A stretch of 64,000 nucleotides of DNA from Candidatus Nomurabacteria bacterium GW2011_GWD2_36_14. Its GTDB lineage: Bacteria > Patescibacteriota > Minisyncoccia > Phycocordibacterales > UBA9973. Where the stretch lies: the NCBI GenBank assembly GCA_000991405.1, contig LBRL01000001.1, positions 379,200 to 443,199 on the forward strand, read 5' to 3'. This document shows, in pieces, positions 28,855 to 38,778 of this stretch (position 1 is the first letter of the stretch; each line of letters begins with the position of its first letter). Made by a program: the position numbers and the translations under genes. The notes under the pieces were generated by a model. That model was not told the origin of the DNA, ran no database searches, and worked only from the letters and a program-made list of their open reading frames with translations.

Positions 28855-29433
28855 CTATACACTGACTCCTATTAATTTTTCATATTCATATTTAAAAAGC
28901 TTTTTACCTCTTAATATCAAGTTCCCTACTGTACTTACTGGTTTCTTTAGAATATCGGATATCTCCACATAATCCTTCTCGTCTAGGAATCGCAAGACCA
29001 ATACTTCCCTATACTTTTCGTCTAAATTTGAAAGAGCTATATCTATCGCTTTCCTATCTATAGAATTATCTACATCTTTAACCATATCAAAAACATCTCC
29101 AAATTTCTCCAAGTCTCCCTCTTCTAGATAGAGAGTTGGTCTAGCAACTTTCTTTCTTATAGCACTTACTGCTTCATTGTGAGCTATGCGATATATCCAA
29201 GAAGAAAATTTAAGACTAGGATCAAAACCATTCAAATTGTAATAAGTTTTAATAAAGACCTCCTGAAGAACATCTTCGGAGTCTTCTCGACTAAATTTTG
29301 AAATATGTGTGATGTACCGCAATAACTTTTCTTCATATCTTTTCGATAAGCAAAAAAAGTAATCAGAATCTTTCAGGGACAATCCGACTAGTTCTTCATC
29401 TGTTTTACTTTCACAAGATCGCGTATCTATCAT
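28855..29433 (-). CDS. ECF RNA polymerase sigma factor
   Basis: EDVLQEVFIK, FSSWIYRIAHN, EISDILKKPVSTV. Confidence 0.93.
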   Translation of the reverse strand: MIDTRSCESKTDEELVGLSLKDSDYFFCLSKRYEEKLLRYITHISKFSREDSEDVLQEVFIKTYYNLNGFDPSLKFSSWIYRIAHNEAVSAIRKKVARPTLYLEEGDLEKFGDVFDMVKDVDNSIDRKAIDIALSNLDEKYREVLVLRFLDEKDYVEISDILKKPVSTVGNLILRGKKLFKYEYEKLIGVSV

Positions 29434-29450
29434 ATGATATATTGTACCCT

Positions 29451-29480
29451 TAATACGCAGAATATATCAATATTATCTCA
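29451..29480 (-). promoter_or_regulatory. Putative autoregulatory ECF promoter TGAGATAA-N13-TGCGTATTA
   Basis: Upstream of the sigma ATG; duplicated at 28093. Confidence 0.65.
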
Positions 29481-29482
29481 AA

Positions 29483-29511
29483 AGAGGGGCAGACCTACGG
29501 TCTGCCCCTCT
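29483..29511. terminator. Hairpin terminator
   Basis: agaggggcagacc-tac-ggtctgcccctct. Confidence 0.75.
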
Positions 29512-29531
29512 CGTTTATTAGTAAAAATCTT

Positions 29532-30308
29532 TTATTTAACTTCTTCTTTTGGAGTCTCTACAACCTCTGGAACTACTGGGTTCACAACAGTAGCAACTGG
29601 AGTTGGTCCTACAACACTAGACTTCACAAGCTCACGATAGAGCATGACTATCACTATCATAGCGATAGGATAAGTCACGACAATTCCAATAAATAATGCG
29701 AAAATACCAACAACAGCAAATAGACCTATTACAAAAGTCTTCCAGAAAATATACCATCCGTAACCTTTTGTAATCTCCCATGCTCCTTTTATACTCATTA
29801 CTGCCCCTTGACCCTTATCAATAGACATATATATTGAAGGAAAAAGACGACTAGCAATATACATACCAGGGATAATCAATATGGCGATAACTGGAATTAA
29901 ATATGGAAGGAAAACTACTCCCAGCAATAAAGATGGAAGAATAGAGATTGCTATAACTATAAACATAGGAATTATGATTATAGGAAGGATACACAATATA
30001 AGTAGTAAGTACGTCTTAAAAAAATTCCAAAACAAAGGCCAAGTAGGAAGTACTTCTCTTGAAAACGGATGAAATCCTTTACTGTCCAAAAGATTCAAAT
30101 TAGCTTTAATCCCTAGATACAAAAAGAAAGTATTGATAATAAAAAATACTAACGAAACAAAAGCGTTACCATCCTTTCCTGAGAGAACACTGCTAATCGT
30201 TTGAATGATAGCTAAAACTATAACAAACAAAATTATATTCCCAAAATTCTCTTTATAAAGAGGCCATGCCTCCTTAATCTTTGCACCAACTTTAAATGTG
30301 AATGGCAT
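29532..30308 (-). CDS. Integral membrane protein (DUF975-like)
   Basis: Multiple TMs; AW...K N-terminus; SIKGAWEITKG. Confidence 0.7.
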   Translation of the reverse strand: MPFTFKVGAKIKEAWPLYKENFGNIILFVIVLAIIQTISSVLSGKDGNAFVSLVFFIINTFFLYLGIKANLNLLDSKGFHPFSREVLPTWPLFWNFFKTYLLLILCILPIIIIPMFIVIAISILPSLLLGVVFLPYLIPVIAILIIPGMYIASRLFPSIYMSIDKGQGAVMSIKGAWEITKGYGWYIFWKTFVIGLFAVVGIFALFIGIVVTYPIAMIVIVMLYRELVKSSVVGPTPVATVVNPVVPEVVETPKEEVK

Positions 30309-30369
30309 AAATTTAATATAAATTATTAATATATTAATTATACCACTTTAATATGGTATAATCTACCTT

Positions 30370-31377
30370 ATGTCGCACAAAATAGAGGGTAGCAAGTCAG
30401 TAACCGCAGCACTTTTCGGGAATGTCTTTGTGACTATTATTAAGACTATTGTAGCCGTCACTTCTGGCTCTGCCAGTATGTTTGCCGAAAGTGTACACAG
30501 TTTCGCTGATACTCTCAACCAATCTTTGTTGCTTGTAGGACTCAAAAGGTCAAAGAGGCCAGCCGACCTCTCTCGTGGATATGGATACGGTATCGAAAGA
30601 TTCTTCTGGTCTCTCATATCTGCTTGTGGAATTCTATTCATAGGAGCTGGGGTCACTATATACCATTCTATTGATTCTATCCTGAAAAATGAAGGGGGTG
30701 TAACTCATGATTTTAATTATTTTACTATTATTGTACTTTGTATCGCATTCTTTGTAGAAGGAGCAACCTTGATAATTGCAATTAGAGAGCTCAAGAAAAA
30801 GCAAAAATTTTCGAAGAAAATTTTTGCTGATGCTGATCCTGTAACCCTAGCTGTCGTCTACGAAGACAGTGCCGCGGTACTTGGTGTGGTAGTTGCCCTC
30901 GTAGCTCAATTCTTGATGCATTTTACAGGGAACAATATATATGACTCCATCGGGGGAATCGTCGTCGGATTCATCCTTGGATTCTTGGCAATCATATTGA
31001 TTATTAAAAATCATCAATACATTATAGGTAAATCCTTGGATCAAGAAAGAACAGATGAAGTTATAGAATTTCTATTAAAAGATCCTTGTATTGAAAATAT
31101 TTCTGAATTCAAATCTGTAGCTATAGATGTAAATAAATATAAAATATATACGACAGTGGAGTGGAATGGCTCTCCCCTCTATGAAGAGATCTATGAAGCA
31201 GGAGATCTAAAAGAAGAGTTCGATAATATCAAAGATGATTTCAAAGAATTTACAAAGTTAATGTTCAAAACAACCGACAGAATTCCTAGACTCATAGGTA
31301 GCCACATAGACGAGATAGAGAAAAGAATCCGTGAAGAATTCCCGGAAATTATATATGTGGATATAGAGATTAACTAA
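30370..31377 (+). CDS. Cation diffusion facilitator family transporter
   Basis: SASMFAESVHSFADTLNQ, YGYGIERFFW, EDSAAVLG. Confidence 0.92.
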   Translation: MSHKIEGSKSVTAALFGNVFVTIIKTIVAVTSGSASMFAESVHSFADTLNQSLLLVGLKRSKRPADLSRGYGYGIERFFWSLISACGILFIGAGVTIYHSIDSILKNEGGVTHDFNYFTIIVLCIAFFVEGATLIIAIRELKKKQKFSKKIFADADPVTLAVVYEDSAAVLGVVVALVAQFLMHFTGNNIYDSIGGIVVGFILGFLAIILIIKNHQYIIGKSLDQERTDEVIEFLLKDPCIENISEFKSVAIDVNKYKIYTTVEWNGSPLYEEIYEAGDLKEEFDNIKDDFKEFTKLMFKTTDRIPRLIGSHIDEIEKRIREEFPEIIYVDIEIN

Positions 31378-31382
31378 CAGAA

Positions 31383-32384
31383 TTAATCTCTTTTATTCTT
31401 TCGTTCCTCTTTATGCTTTATACCATTCTTGAAAAGAATATTGGCTTCTTTGATAGAACTCTCAGAGTCTAGAAGCGAAGAGTAAGCTTCCTTCCAATCA
31501 CCCTCTTTATCTTTCATGGTCGAATCCTCTAGATATTCCCTGGCCTTATCTATAGTTTTATGAGTATCATCCTCTGTGGATATTTCTATCTTATTTTCAT
31601 TTTGATTAGTATATTTGACCTTCTCGTCTGTGTTCTCAATCAGGGACTTGACCTCTTCTTTTTTAGAATTATATTTTACTATATTTTCTTTGTTTATTTT
31701 ATTTGATATTTTCTTTATCTTTTCTGCATTTACCTTGGCTGTATTTGAAATTTTATTGTCTTCCTTCTCTACTTCATTATCATTACTCTTTTTCTGCTTC
31801 TGTTTCTCCTTAATAACTGCTAGAACCTTGGCATGAGCATTCATCTCTGCACGGAAGCTAGTACTTATATCTTCTATAGTTTCTGTTGCATTAGTATCAT
31901 CAACTTTTTCTAAAGCTTTATTCAAGGATATAGTATGCAGAGTCAGAAGATTATTTATCTTTTCTTCATTGGAAGAATTTAATTTACCAGCTTTTGCCAA
32001 AGTTTCGGCTTCAATCAAGCGCTTAGTAGCAAGGCCACTTTCATGTTTGGCTTTTGCTGTATTTGAAAAAGCTAAAGCTCCTTCCATAGGTTCTAGAACC
32101 TTCACCTTGATAGGATAAAGTATATTGTCTGGCAAGCTATCCTGCGAAGCAAAGACCACTCCCCCACTAGAAAGTATAATGATAAGCGGTATAACTATGT
32201 AGTATACCAACCTATTGCTTTGAAGCATTGCTACAAAAGAGAAAGTTACCCAAGGGCTTTTAATAGGTTTTGAATTACTAGTAGAAGCTTTCAAGATATT
32301 GTCAAAGACGCGCGCTTTCTCACTGTCGGTCATGACAATACTTCTAATCTCATTTATTCCATTTTTTAATTTATTATTTTCCAT
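31383..32384 (-). CDS. DUF5667-like protein, putative anti-sigma
   Basis: TM then SLPDNILYPIK...A.KRL.EA; overlaps the sigma stop. Confidence 0.7.
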   Translation of the reverse strand: MENNKLKNGINEIRSIVMTDSEKARVFDNILKASTSNSKPIKSPWVTFSFVAMLQSNRLVYYIVIPLIIILSSGGVVFASQDSLPDNILYPIKVKVLEPMEGALAFSNTAKAKHESGLATKRLIEAETLAKAGKLNSSNEEKINNLLTLHTISLNKALEKVDDTNATETIEDISTSFRAEMNAHAKVLAVIKEKQKQKKSNDNEVEKEDNKISNTAKVNAEKIKKISNKINKENIVKYNSKKEEVKSLIENTDEKVKYTNQNENKIEISTEDDTHKTIDKAREYLEDSTMKDKEGDWKEAYSSLLDSESSIKEANILFKNGIKHKEERKNKRD

Positions 32385-32904
32385 AACCTGCTATTTTTCT
32401 TAATTCTATAATTCCTCTATTAATCCTGACTGATACTGCATTGGCTGATATATTCAAAATCTTTCCTATCTCTCCCGGCGATAAGTCTTCGATGAATCGC
32501 AGGTACAGTGGATCTCTATAGGAAGGCTCAAGATCATTTATCTTCTCTAGTAAGTACCTACCCTCTATGCCGATCGTCAATTTATCATCTACCGTTTTTT
32601 CGTCTACTATATCATATGTGCTATCTTCCCTTTCCGACATCATACTGTCTAACGACAAACTCTTCTTCTTCCGATACCAGTCTATGATAAGACGACGTGC
32701 AACAGTAAACAAGAAGGCTTTATTATTCAAAATTTCTTTATCTGAAAGCAGGCTTTGCCATAAACGCAAGAAGGTCTCTTGTGTGATATCTAAAGCTTGT
32801 TCACGCGAAGAAACGCGAAGCAAACAGAATCGGAATATTGCATCCGATTCACTTTTATATATTGCTTCAAATGTACTCTTGGTATTTTTGTTGTTTACCT
32901 TCAT
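32374..32904 (-). CDS. ECF RNA polymerase sigma factor
   Basis: ALDITQETFLRLW, AFLFTVARRLIID, SVRINRG; ATG 32904 preferred because the promoter overlaps ATG 32925. Confidence 0.9.
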   Translation of the reverse strand: MKVNNKNTKSTFEAIYKSESDAIFRFCLLRVSSREQALDITQETFLRLWQSLLSDKEILNNKAFLFTVARRLIIDWYRKKKSLSLDSMMSEREDSTYDIVDEKTVDDKLTIGIEGRYLLEKINDLEPSYRDPLYLRFIEDLSPGEIGKILNISANAVSVRINRGIIELRKIAGYGK

Positions 32905-32908
32905 ATAT

Positions 32909-32937
32909 GTAGACGTATCTCTCATGTATTTCTTACA
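32909..32937 (-). promoter_or_regulatory. Putative ECF promoter TGTAAG-N16-CGTCTAC
   Basis: Mirrored by a + strand copy at 32981. Confidence 0.6.
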
Positions 32938-32980
32938 TTGTCTATATACTTAAAGTACAACAAAAACAAATAAATGTCTA

Positions 32981-33010
32981 TGTAAGGAAAGTGTATGCTC
33001 CCTCGTCTAC
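32981..33010 (+). promoter_or_regulatory. Putative ECF promoter TGTAAG-N17-CGTCTAC
   Basis: Upstream of the FN3/PKD surface protein. Confidence 0.6.
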
Positions 33011-33147
33011 TCTATTGTGAGGTCGTAATTAAGTGGAATATGAATCCACCAAAACTTTCTCACAAATAAAATTATAAATAATATATTCTGTTTAATCACA
33101 TATTATTTCTTGAAAATAAACATGAGTTAAATGGAAAGTTTAGGCGG

Positions 33148-34323
33148 ATGAAAAATTATAAATCGTTAATCACTAGTTCTCTTCTCTTGGCTCTTATCAT
33201 AGCTACTCCTATTGCAAGTTTTGCAGAGGGTAACGATAAAGACAAGGAGGACCGCAACGAAAAGAAGTTTAAAATCGAACAAGTTCAAAAAGATAAAGAA
33301 GATGACGAAGACAAGAAAGAAAGAGGTAATTCTTTCAATCGTGGCTTTGCCAATTGGTTTAATAAAAGAATCAATGCGAAAGCAAACGTAGAGGTCAACT
33401 TGGCACCTTCTATAGAAGGAATCACGGCACCAACCGTCCTTAAGGTTGGAGAAGTAGGCACTTGGATAGTTAAAGCATCAGATCCAAAGAATACGTCACT
33501 TAGTTATGCAGTTGATTGGGGAGACAATAATATCGTTTCTAAATCATTGTCATTACTATCACAGCAAGTATTTGTTCAAACAGGAACATTCACCCATACT
33601 TACGCAGACAAAGGTGAGTATAGAGTAATGTTTACTGTAAGTAACGAAGCTGGATTGAAAACAGTATCTTCAGTCACAGTACACGTAAGAGATACAGAGG
33701 ATGTAGTGGCTCCTGTTATAAGTAACCTTAATGTAACAAATGTTAAAAGTCATAAGGCTACTATAAACTGGACAACAGATACAAAGTCCAACACAATGGT
33801 GTGGATTAGCAAGACTTCCCCTGTTGATACAAATCTAGCCAAGTATTCAAGAAAGGCTTTAGTCTTAAACCACAAAATGGAATTAAAGAAACTCGAAGCA
33901 AATACAAAATACTATGTCGTTGTCGGATCAAAGAATAAAGCTGGAATAACCAAGTCTGCTGAGATGTCATTCACAACTTTAGTATCTAATCCAGATATTA
34001 CTCCTACACCTACTCCTACACCTACCCCAGATACAACTGCTCCAGTAATAAGTGCAATCACAACAAACGTTACAGGTATAAATGCTGTGGTCTCATGGAC
34101 AACCAATGAGCCTGCAACATCCAATGTATTCTACTCTACAGGTACACCCGTAGATACAAATGCAATACTTACACCAAAAGTAACAGATGGAGCACTTACG
34201 ACAAGTCATTCACTCAGTATTCCAAGTTTAACATCAAGCACTCTCTATCACTTTGTTATAAAGTCTCTTGATGCATCAAACAATGTAGTATTATCTAGTG
34301 AATCTACATTTGCAACTAACTAG
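33148..34323 (+). CDS. Secreted protein with PKD and two FN3-like domains
   Basis: Signal peptide; VDWGD...FTHTY PKD; two W.T.E...L...T.Y FN3 units; PT linker. Confidence 0.8.
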   Translation: MKNYKSLITSSLLLALIIATPIASFAEGNDKDKEDRNEKKFKIEQVQKDKEDDEDKKERGNSFNRGFANWFNKRINAKANVEVNLAPSIEGITAPTVLKVGEVGTWIVKASDPKNTSLSYAVDWGDNNIVSKSLSLLSQQVFVQTGTFTHTYADKGEYRVMFTVSNEAGLKTVSSVTVHVRDTEDVVAPVISNLNVTNVKSHKATINWTTDTKSNTMVWISKTSPVDTNLAKYSRKALVLNHKMELKKLEANTKYYVVVGSKNKAGITKSAEMSFTTLVSNPDITPTPTPTPTPDTTAPVISAITTNVTGINAVVSWTTNEPATSNVFYSTGTPVDTNAILTPKVTDGALTTSHSLSIPSLTSSTLYHFVIKSLDASNNVVLSSESTFATN

Positions 34324-34357
34324 AGTTATTAGAAGCGAAATCATATAACATAGCCGA

Positions 34358-34391
34358 TAAAAAAACTACACGTTATGTGTAGTTTTTTTAT
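34358..34391. terminator. Hairpin terminator
   Basis: ataaaaaaactacac...gtgtagtttttttat. Confidence 0.65.
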
Positions 34392-34555
34392 TTATAATTA
34401 ATCTTCAATTTCCTTACCACACCTAATAATTTTTATTACTCAACTGTAAAACAGAGAGAACTAGAATTAAAATACCCATACCAAAGAAAACAATTTACTG
34501 AAGAAGACGATTAGTCTTCCTCATCTTCTTCGCACACAATACTTTTTAATTTCTC

Positions 34556-35278
34556 TTATATCCCCGACACTCCGAACAATTTCCCTATAGCAAAAGTAAT
34601 AACCATAGCAAAGACTCCTCCTAAGACAACTCTGGTGATAGCTTTCAGCTTGCTGGCACCACCAGCATGAGCACTAAGTGTCCCTGTAATAATAAGCGCA
34701 ATAACGACAGCAATAAATGTAACCGGTATCTGCCATGTTGCCGGAGATATGAGTATAGCTAAGACTGGTATGATAGCTCCAGATAGGAAGGCGATTCCTG
34801 AGGCATAAGCAGCGTGGAACGGATTGGTAAGATCATCGGGATTGATACCAAGCTCAGCATCTACATGGGCAGCGAAAGCATCGTGGAGAGTTAGCTCTTT
34901 TGCTACTAACTCGGCGGTTTCTTTCGATAAACCTTTATTCTCATAAATTCCTGCAAGCTCCTCGAGCTCAGCTTCTGGTTCTGTCGCAAGCTCAAAACGC
35001 TCCTTCTCAAGTAAGGCCTTCTCAGTATCCTTCTGAGCACTGACTGATATATACTCTCCGACAGCCATAGAGAGTGCCCCCGCTACAAGACTAGCAATAC
35101 CCGCGGTGAGAATAATTAACCTAGAATTTGTCGCTCCAGCAACTCCGACGATAACAGAAGAAATAGAGACTATGCCATCATTGGCACCTAAAACAGCCGC
35201 CCGAAGCCAGTTGAGCCTTGAGCTATCAGTGGCACTATGCAGTTCGTTATGTGTTCTAGGATTTCGTAATTTGATCAT
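34556..35278 (-). CDS. VIT1/CCC1 family transporter
   Basis: LNWLRAAVLGANDGIVS, SMAVGEYISV, H...ELG. Confidence 0.92.
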   Translation of the reverse strand: MIKLRNPRTHNELHSATDSSRLNWLRAAVLGANDGIVSISSVIVGVAGATNSRLIILTAGIASLVAGALSMAVGEYISVSAQKDTEKALLEKERFELATEPEAELEELAGIYENKGLSKETAELVAKELTLHDAFAAHVDAELGINPDDLTNPFHAAYASGIAFLSGAIIPVLAILISPATWQIPVTFIAVVIALIITGTLSAHAGGASKLKAITRVVLGGVFAMVITFAIGKLFGVSGI

Positions 35279-35282
35279 GAGA

Positions 35283-36383
35283 TTAGTTGTCTCCTTCGTT
35301 ATTATTTTCATCTTCGTTATCTTCAACGCCCCTTAAGTGTTCTTTGATTTGATTCTGTTCTTCCTTGAGGTCTTCTTGCTCTTTGTTGAGTTCTTCAATC
35401 TTTTGCTTCATTTCTTCCTTGATTTGCTTGGCTTCTTCTTTATCGGCATCTTTTAATTTATTTTCAAGTTCACTCTGAAGCATCTTCTTCTCATCATTGA
35501 GATCTTCCTTGTCTTCTAGAGTATTACTAAAATCTTCTAAATTCTTTATCAATTTCTTCAAGCTTTTCTTGGCTTCCTTGGCTAGATTCTTGGCTTCTAC
35601 ATACTTCCCTGCATCAAAGGCAGTCTTGGCTTGAGAAAGCAAGGCATCGAAGCTTTTAACTACTCCATCGGGGATTGTAATATTCCCTGCTTCTACTTCT
35701 TTCAAGAATTCCGCCTTGGCTTCTTCAGCTTCCCTTATCTTCTCTGAAGCAGATTTCTCTAGACCTAGTACTTCATCTAGGTTATCATTCTCCTCTTCTA
35801 TATTGTCATCATTATCATCTTCATACTTACCTAGAAGTTCTTCTTGTGCCTTAAGGTCAGATATTTCCTTTGTTAATGATTCAACTAAGGTTGTATCTAG
35901 GGCCAAGCGAGCTTCACTAAGCTTTACTTTCAAAGCTTCTATTTGAGCTTCTATCGCATCCTTCTCAGATTTGAATACAGACTTCAGCTCCTTGTGAGCT
36001 GGGTCAAGTTCATCTGATATTTCCTTACTAAGAGCACTTGAATCCTTGCCTTCCTTCTTCTGGTCGGTAACGATGCTTGTAGCATTTGCTAGATTCTTGC
36101 CTAGTTGCTCTTCGGCTACACTAAGACCCTTGGCATTGACTCCATTTTTCTCAAGAATTACCTTTATCTCAGCAATTCTTTCCTTGGCAAATGATATTTC
36201 TAGCTTGGCTTTACTTTCAGGACTAAAGGTAAAGAGCCTTTGTAGTGCCTCGCCTAGCTTATCGAAAAAGTAAAAAGAACTTTGAGGTGTAACACCTGCT
36301 TCAGGTAAGACTACTGAATTCTCAGCTGAGACAAGAAACGGAATAAAGATTAATGACATTAAAACGATTCTAATTATTTTCAT
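35283..36383 (-). CDS. Secreted DUF5667-like coiled-coil protein
   Basis: Signal peptide; AGVTPQSSFYFFDKLGE...ERIAE. Confidence 0.75.
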   Translation of the reverse strand: MKIIRIVLMSLIFIPFLVSAENSVVLPEAGVTPQSSFYFFDKLGEALQRLFTFSPESKAKLEISFAKERIAEIKVILEKNGVNAKGLSVAEEQLGKNLANATSIVTDQKKEGKDSSALSKEISDELDPAHKELKSVFKSEKDAIEAQIEALKVKLSEARLALDTTLVESLTKEISDLKAQEELLGKYEDDNDDNIEEENDNLDEVLGLEKSASEKIREAEEAKAEFLKEVEAGNITIPDGVVKSFDALLSQAKTAFDAGKYVEAKNLAKEAKKSLKKLIKNLEDFSNTLEDKEDLNDEKKMLQSELENKLKDADKEEAKQIKEEMKQKIEELNKEQEDLKEEQNQIKEHLRGVEDNEDENNNEGDN

Positions 36384-36441
36384 ACATGTTTATATATTTA
36401 TATTATTAATAATAACTTTTACTTCTTCACAATTTTATTAT

Positions 36442-36621
36442 TTAAATTTGTAAGAATTGCAATAAATGATAGACGAGTACTCCGGGCCATACAATCGACT
36501 TCCCTATAGCAAGCATAATAGCTCCAAAAGTTACAGCCCCTTTTAAGAAATACACCAACGAACCTATGAGAGCAAGCCCATAGATACAACCTCCGCCACC
36601 ATTTGATATATTATTTTTCAT
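36442..36621 (-). CDS. Small (59 aa) membrane protein, below the ORF-track cutoff
   Basis: MKNNISNGGGGCIYGLALIGSLVYFL...KSIVWPGVLVYHLLQFLQI; TATAAT upstream. Confidence 0.7.
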   Translation of the reverse strand: MKNNISNGGGGCIYGLALIGSLVYFLKGAVTFGAIMLAIGKSIVWPGVLVYHLLQFLQI

Positions 36622-36751
36622 ACATGTATATTATACTACCATTTTCTTGTGTAGCAATAATAAAACGTAAATATGACATTAAAATGAGATGAATTTACGT
36701 TTTTTAAGCGATAATTATTGCAAATCTATAGTTGATTGAATTAAAGGTGAA

Positions 36752-37189
36752 TTAATATTGTTTTATAAATCTTACTTCATCAGATAACACTTTGCCTTCT
36801 TTAAAATCATTAAATATTTTCTCTGGTAAGAATTTTATATCTTCATCTCTACTCTTCCAGCAAATTTCAGATAGTTCAAACGCATGAGTACGATTAACAT
36901 TTTCTAAATCTAAATAATCTTTACCATTTTTAACTTCAAATATAAAATCCAGACATTGTTCTGTTCCTTTTAAAATAAAATTATTTACATATAATAACCT
37001 TCCAATTTTAGGTTTAATACCCAATTCTTCAACAAGCTCTCTTTCCAAACACTCTTCTATCCCCTCATTAAAATCCAGCTTACCTCCCGGTAAACAATAA
37101 AAATTATTATGGGGCATTTTAACAAGAAGAAATTTATCATCGTGCAAAATAATACCCCTTACTGTAATTGATAATTTATTTAATTCCAT
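36752..37189 (-). CDS. NUDIX hydrolase
   Basis: LPGGKLDFNEGIEECLERELVEELG. Confidence 0.88.
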   Translation of the reverse strand: MELNKLSITVRGIILHDDKFLLVKMPHNNFYCLPGGKLDFNEGIEECLERELVEELGIKPKIGRLLYVNNFILKGTEQCLDFIFEVKNGKDYLDLENVNRTHAFELSEICWKSRDEDIKFLPEKIFNDFKEGKVLSDEVRFIKQY

Positions 37190-37206
37190 AATTTTATTAT
37201 ACTTCT

Positions 37207-37524
37207 TTATTTAAATTCAAACAAAACGTCTCTGAAATTCACAATCCTATTGTTCTTATCTAGCTTAATCCCCTCCTTTTTGTACAGGGCGAACCTTTTC
37301 TTCTTATACTCATCATTTATCCAGACTTTCCCATCTGCATATACAATCCGGTGGAATGGAATATTCTTCACCCCTGCCATATGCGCCTTCCCTAAAATAT
37401 TCGTAATACTCTGCGAGGCCATAGGCCCTGCCCCCGCTGCCCGCGCAATTCTACCATAAGTAGTGACTCTACCTTTTGGAATGGCTAATGCTATTTTGAT
37501 AACACGGTCAGAGAAAGTAAGCAT
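37207..37524 (-). CDS. Alkyltransferase-like (ATL/MGMT-family) protein
   Basis: IPKGRVTTYG.IA; PFHRIV with no acceptor Cys. Confidence 0.85.
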   Translation of the reverse strand: MLTFSDRVIKIALAIPKGRVTTYGRIARAAGAGPMASQSITNILGKAHMAGVKNIPFHRIVYADGKVWINDEYKKKRFALYKKEGIKLDKNNRIVNFRDVLFEFK

Positions 37525-37560
37525 AAATTAATTAACAAAATAACAGTTAAAAACCCTGAT

Positions 37561-38241
37561 TTAAATTAAAGCTATTAATCTAATTGGCGATTCTGTCCCA
37601 TCTTTTATTTTCATTGGTAATACGAAACTTTTTGCCCCGATTGGTGGTAATTCTTTTGCGTTTGCAATGTTCTCTACGAGGTATTTATCAGCACCTAGGA
37701 TTGCATTATGAACAGGAAATCCATTTGTACCAGTATCAGCAGAAAGAGTATCAATACCTATCCCTGCTATGTCTCTCTTTAAAAGAAGTTCTGCGGTAGA
37801 GACATCTACACTAGGGAATTTATGATCATTATTGTACTTTTCTCTGTCGTCCCAATATTTGTCCCAGCCAGTATAAAAAATAACAAAGCTATTTGGCTTT
37901 ATTTCCCCGTGTTCTTTTTCAAATTTCTCAACAACCTCTGGTAATACTATATAATCTTCGCCTGCTTCCGCACTAACATCAATAACTATGCAGTCAGTCA
38001 CCAATTCCTCTAAAGAAAGCTTGTCTATTGTCCTCCCATTTGGAATGACATGTGCAGGTGCATCCATGTGTGTTCCTATCCCTGCCCCACATTTTATTTT
38101 CTGTACACGAAATAGATTTGGAGATATACAATCTTTATAATCAGTACCAATAGACAATTCAAAACCGCAACTTCCATCCCAAGTCGGAATTTCAGACGAG
38201 AGTTGGTGAGTAAGATCTACTAATTTAAATTCTTTATTCAT
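37561..38241 (-). CDS. Cyclase family (kynurenine formamidase-like) protein
   Basis: GTHMDAPAH, GIDTLS, LVEN, SPIRLIA. Confidence 0.88.
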   Translation of the reverse strand: MNKEFKLVDLTHQLSSEIPTWDGSCGFELSIGTDYKDCISPNLFRVQKIKCGAGIGTHMDAPAHVIPNGRTIDKLSLEELVTDCIVIDVSAEAGEDYIVLPEVVEKFEKEHGEIKPNSFVIFYTGWDKYWDDREKYNNDHKFPSVDVSTAELLLKRDIAGIGIDTLSADTGTNGFPVHNAILGADKYLVENIANAKELPPIGAKSFVLPMKIKDGTESPIRLIALI

Positions 38242-38337
38242 GATACTAGTATATCAAAATAACAGCTAAAAATCCTAGCTAGCTGGGCCACTGTTGGAAG
38301 TTATTAAAGATATAACAGGAAGAATCTTTACTATGAT

Positions 38338-38700
38338 TTAGAATAATAAAGATATTAGACTATATAATATACCTAATATTAAAAATAAATTAATGAAAAT
38401 TGCTGGGATAAAACCTAACCATAAGATCCAAGATCTTTCACCTTTTCTGTATGCAATAATACCCAAAATAAAAACTGGTATCGAAGTAATAATCTCAATC
38501 ATTACAATCTTTAGTAATCTCGATACCCCTTCTATCTTCATGTCATATATATCAGGATAAATATTTTGATTTAATGGAATTGTACGCATTATCATATATG
38601 CAATAATTCCTAAAATTAAATAAACAAAAAATCCAAAAACCCACCAAGTAATTTTTAATTTAGGTAATTCTTTAAACTTACTTATTATTTGTTTTTCCAT
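38338..38700 (-). CDS. Small membrane protein
   Basis: Three TMs; KGERS motif. Confidence 0.6.
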   Translation of the reverse strand: MEKQIISKFKELPKLKITWWVFGFFVYLILGIIAYMIMRTIPLNQNIYPDIYDMKIEGVSRLLKIVMIEIITSIPVFILGIIAYRKGERSWILWLGFIPAIFINLFLILGILYSLISLLF

Positions 38701-38778
38701 ATTTCAATTATAGCAAAATAACCACCCAAAACCCTAGCTGGCTATCTAAGTAATACTGAAATCTATTTAAAAATGATC

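Noticed and set aside
33999-34030. cctaca-type tandem repeat
   Set aside because: Encodes an ordinary Pro-Thr linker
34395-34555. Possible gene remnant between convergent genes
   Set aside because: Only short stop-interrupted frames; no recognisable homology
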